64,000 bases of DNA, from positions 160,001-224,000 of the forward strand of contig OZ244937.1 of NCBI GenBank assembly GCA_965222075.1. Direction: 5' to 3'. A program made the translations under genes and the position numbers. This stretch comes from Candidatus Latescibacterota bacterium. Lineage in GTDB: Bacteria; Latescibacterota; UBA2968; GCA-2709665. Of this stretch, positions 20,444-30,130 are shown piece by piece. The notes below the pieces were generated by a model. That model searched no databases. It saw nothing but the letters and a program-made list of their open reading frames with translations, and had not been told where the DNA came from. The stretch's first letter is position 1, and the number at the start of each line of letters is the position of its first letter.

Positions 20444-21907
20444 ATGAACGTCCTCTTCATTCTGAGCGATCGGCACAACCCGGAGTTCACAGGCTGCTAC
20501 GGCAACCCGATCACCCGGACGCCGCACATCGACAGCATCGCTGAACGGGGCACACGGTTTGAAGGCGCCTATTGCATCAGTCCCCTCTGTGGGCCCACTC
20601 GCGCGGCTATTATCTCCGGACGATACCCGCACGAAATCGGCGCATGGTCCAACGGCTTTCTCTACACCGGAATCCCGAAGGGATGGGGTCACTATTTCAA
20701 GGAACAGGGCGTTCACACGACGACCATCGGCAAGGTGGACTTTCATCAGGAGGCGGATCACGGCATCGCCGACACCCGTCTGGTCAGGCATCGCGACAGG
20801 CCGGATATCCACGGTTTATATCGAGAGGATGAGATCGTTCGCCGGTACACGCTCCTTCACCGAATCCGCTCCATCGGTCCCGCCGATTCACCCGATCCCT
20901 ACGCGGACGATGACGAGGTGGCGAACGAGGCCGTTCGCTGGCTCACGGAGGAGATCCCGTGCGATCGACCCTGGATCCTCAACGTCAATTTCCTCAGGCC
21001 CCTTCCCCCCTGGACTCCACCCAAGGACCTGTGGGACCACTATGACGAGCGGGTCCGGCTTGAAGACCTGGACGAAAGATATTTCGAGGATCCGACCCGG
21101 CTTCATCCTTATAACCAGACCTTCGTCCGGCACCTCTGCGGGGACCTGATCCGCCCAGAGGAACTGCGGCGTGCCCACGTGGGCATGCACGGCACCTGTG
21201 AAGCGATGGATCATAACGTTGGCCGCGTGCTGCGTGCCCTTGAGCAGTCAGGCCACACGGATGAGACACTCGTCGTCTACACTTCGGACCACGGCGGGGG
21301 CTGCGGCGAGCACCTGGACTGGGACGTCGGCGGTATGTACGAGGCCTCGATTCGGGTCCCCTTCGTCATCGCCGGCCCGGGGGTAAAGTCGGGGGCGGTC
21401 GAGTCGAACCCGGTCTCCCATCACGACCTGTTCCAGACCTTTTGCAAGGCGCTGGATCTTGAGCCTCCGGTTCATACCAGAGGCGATTCCCTCTGGGGCC
21501 TCCTTCAGGACGAAAAGGGAGCCACGAAACCTGCCTTCACCCTCACCCAATTCCACGCGGGCGGGTTTCCGGCCAGCACATTCGTAGTCCGTTCGGGAAG
21601 CTACAAATATGTCGAATGTGTAGGTGAGCGTCCGCTCCTGTTCGACCTGGCGCGAGACCCTCTGGAAATGCACGACCTCGTCGTGGAACAACCTGAAAGT
21701 GTCCAGGTGAAGGCCACGATCCGGCGCCTGCGCGGCCTGCTCTGCGGGGTCTGTTCTCCAGAGGCGGTGGATGCCAGGGCCAGGGCAGACCAGCGAAGGC
21801 TTCGGCGAGAACTCACCGAAAACGGCCAGCTGGCCGAGATGATCTGGAAAGCCGGCTATGAGCGGAACCCGGATCGGCTGATCCCCCGTCAGGACCTCAT
21901 TCCGTAA
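20444..21907 (+). CDS. Sulfatase-family hydrolase clade A, copy 3
   Basis: 'SDRH', CGPTR, 'TSDHG'. Confidence 0.9.
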   Translation: MNVLFILSDRHNPEFTGCYGNPITRTPHIDSIAERGTRFEGAYCISPLCGPTRAAIISGRYPHEIGAWSNGFLYTGIPKGWGHYFKEQGVHTTTIGKVDFHQEADHGIADTRLVRHRDRPDIHGLYREDEIVRRYTLLHRIRSIGPADSPDPYADDDEVANEAVRWLTEEIPCDRPWILNVNFLRPLPPWTPPKDLWDHYDERVRLEDLDERYFEDPTRLHPYNQTFVRHLCGDLIRPEELRRAHVGMHGTCEAMDHNVGRVLRALEQSGHTDETLVVYTSDHGGGCGEHLDWDVGGMYEASIRVPFVIAGPGVKSGAVESNPVSHHDLFQTFCKALDLEPPVHTRGDSLWGLLQDEKGATKPAFTLTQFHAGGFPASTFVVRSGSYKYVECVGERPLLFDLARDPLEMHDLVVEQPESVQVKATIRRLRGLLCGVCSPEAVDARARADQRRLRRELTENGQLAEMIWKAGYERNPDRLIPRQDLIP

Positions 21908-22077
21908 GAGCTCCTTCGTTTTCCCTTTTCGTTCTATGCCGGGGAAAACGGCCGACACTTCGGTTGCGGCATCATAAACGCCGAAGCCTATCGTTGCAAC
22001 TTTTGCTGTAAACGTTCTCTCCACTGCGAGGGAAATCCGATCATCCAGACCGACCAGCCACAGCCAGGGGACCAGAA

Positions 22078-22920
22078 ATGGATGAATACGAGAAATACCT
22101 CTTCGATCTGAACGGATACCTGATTCTGGAAGACGTACTCTCCTCCGAAGAGGTGGCCGCCTGCAACGAGGCCATCGACAGCAACGTGGACACCTCTGGA
22201 AGAAAGCAAGATCTGAGCTATTTCACGGGGATGCTCGTCTGGCCGGAGCCGGCCTGCAGCCTCTTCAGGGAGATCATGGCCTTTCCAAAGGTGATCTCCT
22301 GCCTCCTCGAACTGCACGGCGACGCCTTCCGCCTGGACCACATCTATGGGATCCTCGTGCCCCGGGGCGCGGGCGGCCTGATCCACAGCGGCGGCCATCT
22401 CCGTCACCAGCCCGCCTGCTATTACGGTTTCCACAACGGCCGGATCTGCTCTGGCGTCACAGTCGTCACCTGGCTGCTCACCGATTGCCGCCCCGGGGAC
22501 GGAGGGTTCGGATGGATTCCGTGCAGCCACAAATCCAACTACACGCTTGCCAAAGACGTGGCCAGCCACGAAAAAGACCTCGGGGTGATCAAACAGGTGG
22601 AGGCGAAGGCCGGGTCGGTCGTGATCTTCCCCCACGCGCTTACCCACGGCACCCTCCCCTGGGTGCCGGACCACGACCTCCGGAGCATACGCTGCAAGTA
22701 CTCCCCCGGCCCGATGACCCACCACCCTCCCGACTCCAGTAAGCATCCCACGGTGGTCGCGGACACGCGAAATTATCTGCCCCACGACATCGAGAAGGTC
22801 ATGGACGACCTCACGCCTCTCCAGCGGGCGCTGCTCGAGCCTCCTTATCATCCCAACAGGCCCAACATAAAAGAACACTTCGAGCGCCAGTCCGCAAATG
22901 GGCAGAGGGAGATTCCGTGA
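22078..22920 (+). CDS. PhyH-like enzyme, 'MDEYEKY' clade, copy 2 (HxG motif)
   Basis: 'IHSG', 'GGFGWIPCSHKSNY', 'HALTHG'; same N-terminus as copy 1. Confidence 0.85.
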   Translation: MDEYEKYLFDLNGYLILEDVLSSEEVAACNEAIDSNVDTSGRKQDLSYFTGMLVWPEPACSLFREIMAFPKVISCLLELHGDAFRLDHIYGILVPRGAGGLIHSGGHLRHQPACYYGFHNGRICSGVTVVTWLLTDCRPGDGGFGWIPCSHKSNYTLAKDVASHEKDLGVIKQVEAKAGSVVIFPHALTHGTLPWVPDHDLRSIRCKYSPGPMTHHPPDSSKHPTVVADTRNYLPHDIEKVMDDLTPLQRALLEPPYHPNRPNIKEHFERQSANGQREIP

Positions 22921-24404
22921 ATATCGTCTACATCCTGAGCGATCGACACAACGCGGAATTCGCCGGCTGTTATGGGAGCCCGATCACCCGAACTCCGCAC
23001 ATCGACAGCATCGCAGAACGCGGCACGCGGTTCGAACACGCCTACTGCATCAGTCCCCTCTGCACCCCTTCCCGGGCAGCCCTGTTTTCCGGGCGATACG
23101 TACACGAAATCGGCACCTGGGACTGTGCCTTTCCCTACACCGGAACCCCGCGCGGGTGGAGCCATTTTTTCGCCGAGCAGGGCGTGGATCTCGTCACCAT
23201 CGGCAAGCTCGATTTCCATCCTGATCCCGACTACCGCATCGCGGATGCCCGTCTCGCCTCCTACCGCGAGAACCTCAACGTCTTCTCCCTGTTTCGGGAG
23301 CAGGACATGCCGCCCCGCTACCTGCTCATCCACCGACTGCGCGCCAGCGGTCCCTCCGATACCCCTCAGCCCTTTGAGGAAGACGACAGGGTGGCTGAGG
23401 ATGCGGTCCGCTGGCTCACCGAGGAGGCGCCGACGGACAGGTCCTGGATCCTGAACGTCAATTTCCTCAAACCGCTTCCCGTGTGGACGCCCCCCGGAGA
23501 GTTGTGGGACTACTATGACCCCCTGGTCCGACTCGAGGACCTCGACGAGCGGTACCGGGAAGACCCCTCCCGACTCCATCTTTACCACAGGGCATTCATC
23601 CGGCACACCTGCGGTGACTTGATGCGCCCCGAGGATCTGCGGCGGGCCCACGTCGGGATACACGGCACCTGCGAGGCCGTGGATCGGAATGTCGGCCTCG
23701 TGCTGCACGCCCTCGAGCAGTCGGGCCTCGCGGATGAGACCCTCGTTGTCTACACCTCCGACCACGGGGGATGCGCTGGGGACCACGGGGACTGGTGCAT
23801 CGGGTCGATGTACGAAGGTTCCATCCGCGTGCCCCTCGTCGTGGCCGGACCCGGCCTCCGATCGGGCCGCGTCGAGACCGCACCGGTCTCCCACCACGAC
23901 CTGTTCCAGACCTTTTGCGATGCCCTGGACCTGGAGCACCCGGTCCATATGAGAGGTACCTCGCTCTGGGACCTCCTCCAGGGCAAGAAGGATGCCTCGA
24001 AACCGGCATTCACTCTGTCCGAGTACCACGCCGCCGGGTTTCCGTCCAGTATCTTCGCTATCCGTTCGGGGCACGACAAATATGTTGAGAACGTGGGAGA
24101 ACGTCCCTCGCTCTTCGACCTGGAGCAGGATCCCCTCGAGATGCACGACCTGGTCCTCGAGCGACCGGAGGACCCCGACGTCAAGGCCACGATCCGTCGA
24201 CTCAGAATGATGCTCTGCGAGGTCTGCTCTCCCGAGGCGGTGGACGCACGCGCCAAGGCGGACCAAAGAAGGCTCCGCAGAAAATTGACCGATAACGGTC
24301 GGATGGTCCAGGCGATGTGGAGGCTCGGTTTTCAGAAGAATCCTGAATATCTGATCCCCCGGGAGGAATTAAAGCCTGAGGATGGTCAAGAACCAACTCC
24401 CTGA
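22917..24404 (+). CDS. Sulfatase-family hydrolase clade A, copy 4 (apparent mosaic)
   Basis: GTG start overlapping the upstream stop; 'SDRH', CTPSR, 'TSDHG'. Confidence 0.9.
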   Translation: MNIVYILSDRHNAEFAGCYGSPITRTPHIDSIAERGTRFEHAYCISPLCTPSRAALFSGRYVHEIGTWDCAFPYTGTPRGWSHFFAEQGVDLVTIGKLDFHPDPDYRIADARLASYRENLNVFSLFREQDMPPRYLLIHRLRASGPSDTPQPFEEDDRVAEDAVRWLTEEAPTDRSWILNVNFLKPLPVWTPPGELWDYYDPLVRLEDLDERYREDPSRLHLYHRAFIRHTCGDLMRPEDLRRAHVGIHGTCEAVDRNVGLVLHALEQSGLADETLVVYTSDHGGCAGDHGDWCIGSMYEGSIRVPLVVAGPGLRSGRVETAPVSHHDLFQTFCDALDLEHPVHMRGTSLWDLLQGKKDASKPAFTLSEYHAAGFPSSIFAIRSGHDKYVENVGERPSLFDLEQDPLEMHDLVLERPEDPDVKATIRRLRMMLCEVCSPEAVDARAKADQRRLRRKLTDNGRMVQAMWRLGFQKNPEYLIPREELKPEDGQEPTP

Positions 24405-24482
24405 AGGCCTGCTCTTCCTGACCGGGTGCTCCGAGGCTCTACCCATAAATGAGACGCGGACTACAGAGCACGGAATCAAGAG

Positions 24483-25481
24483 ATGAACCGACCGCCTGAA
24501 ACCTTCATCAGGGTCTCCCACCGGGATCTGCAGGCCTTCGTCTCCAGGGCCGCGCAGACCGTCGGCGTGCCCCAGGAGAAGGCCGAACTCCTCGCCGAAA
24601 TGCTCACCGCCTGCGACCTCCGGGGTAACGTCAGCCACGGCACCCGACAGATCGCCCGGTATGCCCGCTGGATGCGAGACCGTGAGATCAACCCAGACCC
24701 GAACGTGCACGTGGTCAAAGAGACACGCGTGAGCTTGGTCGTGGACGGAGACGGCGGCCTGGGCTACTTCCCGATGGTCGAGGGGACCAAGCGCGCGATC
24801 GAGAAGGCAAAGGCCGAGGGGATAGCCGTGGTACTTACCCGAAACCACGGTCACTTCGGCGCGGCGGGACTCTACTCCCGGATGCCCCTCGAGCACGACC
24901 TCCTGACACTCGTGACCGAGGGCTTCCGGCCCAATCTTGCGCCGGGGATGCCGGTCTACCTCTCCGCCGGGGGCTGCCCCCCGATCTCATTCAGCGCCCC
25001 TTCCGGAGAAGAGCCCCCGCTGGTCCTCGATTTCGGGACGACGCACGATTTTCTGCCTGAATCCCCACACCGGGATGAGATCATCAAAATGGCGCCCGGC
25101 ATCCTCTTCCGATCGCTCGGACTGGGGGCGATCTGCCAGGCCTGGTCCGCCCTCCTGGCAGCGACGCCACTCTCTGAACCCCCGGCGGACGACCCGAATC
25201 AATTGGTGGTTCCAAAGCCCAAAAGTGCCCTCCTCCTCACGTTTCAAATCGGACTATTCACGGATCCGGTTCAATACAGACGTGAAATAGACGAATACAT
25301 CCGCCAGGTGCGGACCCTCGAACCGCTCGAGGGATTCGATGGGGCCTGTCTGGCGGGCGGACCGGAGGCTGCGTGTGAACGGCTGTACCGGGAAGCTGGT
25401 GTCCCTGTGGAACCGGGGCATCAGCAAGCCTTGGAGGGCCTCGCAGCTGAACTCGCGATAGACGTCCCGTGGAGGAGATAA
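24483..25481 (+). CDS. Ldh_2-family dehydrogenase, copy 2
   Basis: N-terminal half near-identical to 13376..14371. Confidence 0.9.
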   Translation: MNRPPETFIRVSHRDLQAFVSRAAQTVGVPQEKAELLAEMLTACDLRGNVSHGTRQIARYARWMRDREINPDPNVHVVKETRVSLVVDGDGGLGYFPMVEGTKRAIEKAKAEGIAVVLTRNHGHFGAAGLYSRMPLEHDLLTLVTEGFRPNLAPGMPVYLSAGGCPPISFSAPSGEEPPLVLDFGTTHDFLPESPHRDEIIKMAPGILFRSLGLGAICQAWSALLAATPLSEPPADDPNQLVVPKPKSALLLTFQIGLFTDPVQYRREIDEYIRQVRTLEPLEGFDGACLAGGPEAACERLYREAGVPVEPGHQQALEGLAAELAIDVPWRR

Positions 25482-25599
25482 TCCCCTTAAGCCGCCTGCA
25501 GAAGTCCGAATGATAGTTCACGCCAGATTCCTGACGTTTGCTCAAGCCCGACATCGGCTCCACGCGAGGCTCAGATCGGTTCAAGAAAGGTGAGGAATA

Positions 25600-26592
25600 T
25601 TGGAATACCGCTTCCTGGGAAAATCGGGCCTCAAGGTCTCGGAGATCTGCTTCGGACCTGGACACAGCAACATCACGGAAGATAAGGAAGGCGTAGCCAT
25701 TCTCGAGGCCGCCCACGACATGGGCGTCACCCTATACGATACCTCCAATGGCCAAAAGGGAGGGAAAGTCGAGGAATGGCTGGGGAAGGCCTTTCACCGC
25801 CGGCGCGACGACGTCGTCATTGCGACGAAGTTCTCGGGAGACGCCACCCGAAAGCACATCCTGAGGGAATGTGAAAAGAGCCTGAAGCGGTTGAAGGTCG
25901 ACTACATCGACGTCTACCGGTTCCACTTCTGGCACCCGACCGTGGCGATCGAGGAGAGCCTGGAGGCATTGACCGTGCTGGTTCAGCAGGGCAAGATCCA
26001 CTACGCCGGTTGCTGCGGATTCACGACCTACCAGATGGCCAATGCCCTGCGGATCTCCGAGCGGTACGGTTTCACAAAACTTGTGGTGGTAGGGGCCAGG
26101 TACTGCCTCCTGGGCCAGGATCCCGTCGCGCGAAGGCGTTATCCGCTGATGGAGGTGCAGGAGTTCGACCTGATTCCGTTCCTCGAGGAGGAACAGCTCG
26201 GGTTCATCCCTTTCAGGGCGCTTGCGGGTGGGCTGATGACGGGAAAATACCGACCCGGTGAACCGCCCCCATCGGACGGCCGGTACGCGGGTTCGAAATA
26301 CGGTTGGCCCGACTTCGCGCAGAGGGCGAAGCCGTCGCTCGAAGTCGTGGAGAGGCTTCGTCCCCTGGCCGAGAGACGCGGGGAGACGCTGGCCCAGTTT
26401 GCGATCGCCTGGGCACTCACGAGCCCTGTTGTCTCCAGCCTCTTGCTCGGTGCGAACACGGTGGCGCAGTTGAAAGAATGTCTGGGTGCCAGCGGCCACA
26501 GGCTGAGCGAGGAGGAATTGGAGGAGGTGAACGAGATTCGGAGCACCCTGCCCGGGTGCGTGACCGTCCCGGACGCGAGCGTGGAGCGATGA
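25600..26592 (+). CDS. Aldo/keto reductase family, copy 1
   Basis: TTG start after GAGG; 'LGKSGLKVSEICFG', 'DTSN', 'IATKF', 'SLKRLKVDYID', 'LAGGLMTGKY'. Confidence 0.9.
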   Translation: MEYRFLGKSGLKVSEICFGPGHSNITEDKEGVAILEAAHDMGVTLYDTSNGQKGGKVEEWLGKAFHRRRDDVVIATKFSGDATRKHILRECEKSLKRLKVDYIDVYRFHFWHPTVAIEESLEALTVLVQQGKIHYAGCCGFTTYQMANALRISERYGFTKLVVVGARYCLLGQDPVARRRYPLMEVQEFDLIPFLEEEQLGFIPFRALAGGLMTGKYRPGEPPPSDGRYAGSKYGWPDFAQRAKPSLEVVERLRPLAERRGETLAQFAIAWALTSPVVSSLLLGANTVAQLKECLGASGHRLSEEELEEVNEIRSTLPGCVTVPDASVER

Positions 26593-26798
26593 CGGAAGGG
26601 CGACCTTTCCTGCACCCCCGGCGAAAGGCCGTGGCGACAGAACGGCCGGGGCCGGGAGTCTTATCGATGGCGCGTTTGCACCTGCGGATGACCAGACCAG
26701 ATTGGATCACGGCCGGATATTCAGATACCCCTTCAGGTGGAGTCGACAGGACTTGACATTGAGCACGGCCACATAATCACAAAGAGGGAATACGGGCA

Positions 26799-28331
26799 AT
26801 GTCTCCCTATCTGAGGTTCGCAAAGTCCGCGGTTGAGACGCTCCTGGAACATCAGTCCGCCCGTGTGGGCGGCCCGCCCGATGGGACGCTGTGCATCACG
26901 ATAACCACGCACTCCAACAGGACCAACCGGCGCGTGAGGAGGGGGAGAGATATCCAGAAAGGACAGGTGGAAGAGTACAATTTCTCAGGCCTCCAGGAAG
27001 AGCAGCCGGTGGTGGAACATCCCTGCCGGATGGATCTGCAAATCTGGCCGGTCCTGGAACTCTACTCGGACGTGACGGGCGACCCGGAGTACCGTCAGAT
27101 GGTTGTGGAGATGGCGTCCGTTCTCGGTCGCCACGGGTTTGAGCCGTCGTCGGGCCTGGGCTACCTGGGGGCGACGGCCGAGTTCGACGTGCTTCGGCTC
27201 CAACCGGTATCCGAGTCGGGCCGAAAGCAGCCGCTCTTCAAGCCAATTGCCGGGCTTCCGCTGGACCGGCTCTGGTCGGAGGCGCCCGAACAGACGGGGC
27301 GGATGATCAAATCGGCTTACTACGGGCTGATCACCGGACCCGAGGCGATGGACTACAACCGGTACTGCTACTACGGGTACGACGATTCGGTGAAGGCGCC
27401 GTCTATGGAGATCCGGTCCGGCCACACGGCCTTTGCGCAAACGGGGTCCATCTTGATCCACTGGTGGGGGTATCACTTGGCCTGTACGGGGGACGAGGAA
27501 TGCCTGGGGTGGGCGCAAGCGATGGCGGACAAGTGGCACGCGGTGCAGCACCCGGAGTCGGGGCTATTTCCGCACGCGTTCCGCGTTGATGAGGGGGACG
27601 AGGAGACAACCATGCAGCCGTGGCCGTACGTCACCAGCAACGAAACCAATACCGCGATTGTGTTGCTGAAGGCGGCCGGTGAGTTCAAAAGACGTCGGGA
27701 AGGGATGGCGTTGTCCGATCAGGTGGCCGGTATGGGGCGGCGGCTGTTGAAGGCGATGGCGCGATATCATTACGATGCCCGGCAGCGGCTGTTTCCGCAG
27801 TGGCTGCGCCTGGACGGGGAGGCCTGCCAGGAGTGTGTGAATTATACGTTCCACTCCCAGGCAGAAAAGGATGAGGCCCTCAAGCGGCATCCCGAAGCGG
27901 CAGAGGTGGATGTCTACCCCGGATCCGGTTTCTACCAGGCGGGACCCTGGAGCCTCGGGGCGAAGAACCCTTGTCCGTATGAGCTGGCGCTGGGGGCGAG
28001 CCTGACGGGCGAGGCCGAGGTGCTGGATCGCGTTCAGGAAATGGCCGTCGATCTGATGGAGGAGGCCGGGAAGCTCACATCCGAGTTCAATGCGTGGGGA
28101 CAATGGACCTATCCGGCCAGCGCGTCACACATCAAGACGATGCTGCTTTTACATAAGATGACGGGAAAAGACCGATTCCTGGACTCGGCCAGGCAGCTGG
28201 CAGATATGGAACTGGAGCTACTGGGCCGGGCTTTGCCCGCAGGTAAGCCCGAGTGGTGGCGGATGCCGTTCAGGAGCGATCTGTTGGAGGCGCTGCTGCT
28301 TTTGCACCGGCAACCGGATGGTGCCGAATAG
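26799..28331 (+). CDS. Alpha/alpha-barrel protein, possibly a distant PL2 (periplasmic pectate lyase)-like fold
   Basis: Order of motifs 'TGDPEYRQ...SGLGYLG..FD...AF..TG..LI......W...A..W...HPESGL' recalls PL2 lyases; helical repeats '..TGKDRFLDSARQLAD'; no signal peptide. Confidence 0.45.
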   Translation: MSPYLRFAKSAVETLLEHQSARVGGPPDGTLCITITTHSNRTNRRVRRGRDIQKGQVEEYNFSGLQEEQPVVEHPCRMDLQIWPVLELYSDVTGDPEYRQMVVEMASVLGRHGFEPSSGLGYLGATAEFDVLRLQPVSESGRKQPLFKPIAGLPLDRLWSEAPEQTGRMIKSAYYGLITGPEAMDYNRYCYYGYDDSVKAPSMEIRSGHTAFAQTGSILIHWWGYHLACTGDEECLGWAQAMADKWHAVQHPESGLFPHAFRVDEGDEETTMQPWPYVTSNETNTAIVLLKAAGEFKRRREGMALSDQVAGMGRRLLKAMARYHYDARQRLFPQWLRLDGEACQECVNYTFHSQAEKDEALKRHPEAAEVDVYPGSGFYQAGPWSLGAKNPCPYELALGASLTGEAEVLDRVQEMAVDLMEEAGKLTSEFNAWGQWTYPASASHIKTMLLLHKMTGKDRFLDSARQLADMELELLGRALPAGKPEWWRMPFRSDLLEALLLLHRQPDGAE

Positions 28332-28484
28332 GCAGGAAGTATCGCGATCCACGATCCGAACCGAAGGACTGCCCGGGTCCCGGCCGCGATACATGCAGGG
28401 TCGAGGTATTTCACCGGTCGGACATCTGGTCGGGTGATACGATCCTCGTCCAGAGAATCTCTACCGACGACAGGAGGATATCCG

Positions 28485-29969
28485 ATGAATGTGGTCCTTA
28501 TTGTAGGCGATCGACATAACCCCGACTTCGCAGGGTGCTACGGCAACCCGATTACACGCACCCCGTATATCGACAGCATCGCCGAACGGGGCGCACGTTT
28601 CGACAGCGCCTACTGCATCAGTCCTCTCTGCACGCCGTCCAGGGCCGCCTCGATCACCGGCCGCTACGTCCACGAGATCGGAACCTGGGACTGCGCCTTT
28701 CCCTATACCGGAGCACCCAGCGGGTGGGGCCACTACTTTGCGGACCAAGGCGTGCAGATGACCACAGTGGGCAAGCTGGACTTCCAGCCGGGAGTGGGCC
28801 ACGGGATTGCCGATGAACGCATGCCCTCACACCGGTCGAGTCTGGCGCCCCACTCCCTCTTTCGGACCCAGGAGGTCCCTCGAAGGTACCACCACCTCAG
28901 CCGGCTGCGCAAGGCCGGGCCGGCCGACCCATCCAAAGGGGAATCCAAGGACCACAGGTGGGCGGAAGAGGCCGTCCGCTGGATTCAGGAGGATCGCCCG
29001 ACGGACCGCCCCTGGGTCCTGAGTGTGAACTACAACAACCTGCACGGCTGGGTACCCCCGCAGGAACTCTGGGACCACTACGATCCCCTCGTCAAGCTGG
29101 ATGACCTGGACGAACGCTACTTCGAAGACCACACCCAGGTTCATCCCTACCACCGCGACTGGGTCAACCGGACCTGCGGGGACTGGATTCAGCCGGAGGA
29201 GCTGCGACGTGGCCTTGTGGGCTACCACGGCATGTGCGAAAACATGGACCAGAGCGCTGGCCGGGTGATTCGAGCCCTGGAGGAAATCCGCATCCTGGAA
29301 GAGACGCTCGTTATCTACACCTCCGACCACGGGGGGAGCTGTGGGGCGCACCGGATGCTGGATTACGGCACCATGTACAACGACTCCATTCGCGTTTTCT
29401 TCGTCGCCGCCGGCCCCGGAATCCAACCCGGCGCAATCGAACCTACCCCGGTCACTCACCACGACATGTATGCCACCATCTGCGAGGCGGTCGGTTTGGA
29501 CCTGCCCGTGCATATGCGCGGCGTCTCCCTGCTGCCCCTCCTGCAAGGGGTAGAGGGTGCGCCGAGGCCCGGCTTCGCCCTCTCAGAGTACCACGGGGAC
29601 GGGTTTCCCAGCAGCATCTTCTCGATACGCTCCGGACCCTACAAGCTGATCGAATGCGTGGGCGAGAGACCGATCCTCTTCAACCTGCAGCAGGATCCCC
29701 TGGAGATGCACGATCTTGTCCAGGAGCGGGGGGGCGATCGAGAAGTCGAGGCCACGGTCCGGCGACTCCGGAACATCCTCTGCAACATCTGCTCCCCCGA
29801 GGCAGTGGACGCCCGTGTCAAGGCCGACCAGCTTGCCCTCAGGCGTGAACTGACCGAAAGCGGGCGGCTATTCGACGAGCAATGGAGGCGCGGGTACGAG
29901 CGGAATCCGGATGCCTTGATCCATCGTCCCGAATTCGTCCTCGAAGAGCCGAAGACGGTGATGAAATGA
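28485..29969 (+). CDS. Sulfatase-family hydrolase clade A, copy 5
   Basis: RBS AGGAGG; 'GDRH', CTPSR, 'TSDHG'. Confidence 0.9.
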   Translation: MNVVLIVGDRHNPDFAGCYGNPITRTPYIDSIAERGARFDSAYCISPLCTPSRAASITGRYVHEIGTWDCAFPYTGAPSGWGHYFADQGVQMTTVGKLDFQPGVGHGIADERMPSHRSSLAPHSLFRTQEVPRRYHHLSRLRKAGPADPSKGESKDHRWAEEAVRWIQEDRPTDRPWVLSVNYNNLHGWVPPQELWDHYDPLVKLDDLDERYFEDHTQVHPYHRDWVNRTCGDWIQPEELRRGLVGYHGMCENMDQSAGRVIRALEEIRILEETLVIYTSDHGGSCGAHRMLDYGTMYNDSIRVFFVAAGPGIQPGAIEPTPVTHHDMYATICEAVGLDLPVHMRGVSLLPLLQGVEGAPRPGFALSEYHGDGFPSSIFSIRSGPYKLIECVGERPILFNLQQDPLEMHDLVQERGGDREVEATVRRLRNILCNICSPEAVDARVKADQLALRRELTESGRLFDEQWRRGYERNPDALIHRPEFVLEEPKTVMK

Positions 29970-30082
29970 AAGACGCCGCTTCAAAGCGGGTGAGAATCAC
30001 GATCCAATCGGTGCCGGGGAATGAGCCGGATACGCCTTTTCGATCCACCGCCCATTTGCGCACAGATCCAGCACGACGGTAG
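29966..30082 (+). pseudogene. N-terminal stub of a DUF3604/PHP-like gene
   Basis: MKDAASKRVRITIQSVPGNEPD matches MIPKSRPERVRITIQPVPGNEPD at 32848, then the match stops. Confidence 0.75.
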
Positions 30083-30130
30083 CGTTCTGATCCAGGACAG
30101 TATTCTGGATCACCTATGGAGGATGGACCG

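Noticed and set aside
21917-21950. 9-bp inverted repeat CGTTTTCCC/GGGAAAACG
   Set aside because: Long loop and no U-tail; not supportable as a terminator.
26589-26756. Short ORF after AKR copy 1
   Set aside because: No protein-like features or homology to anything in the window.
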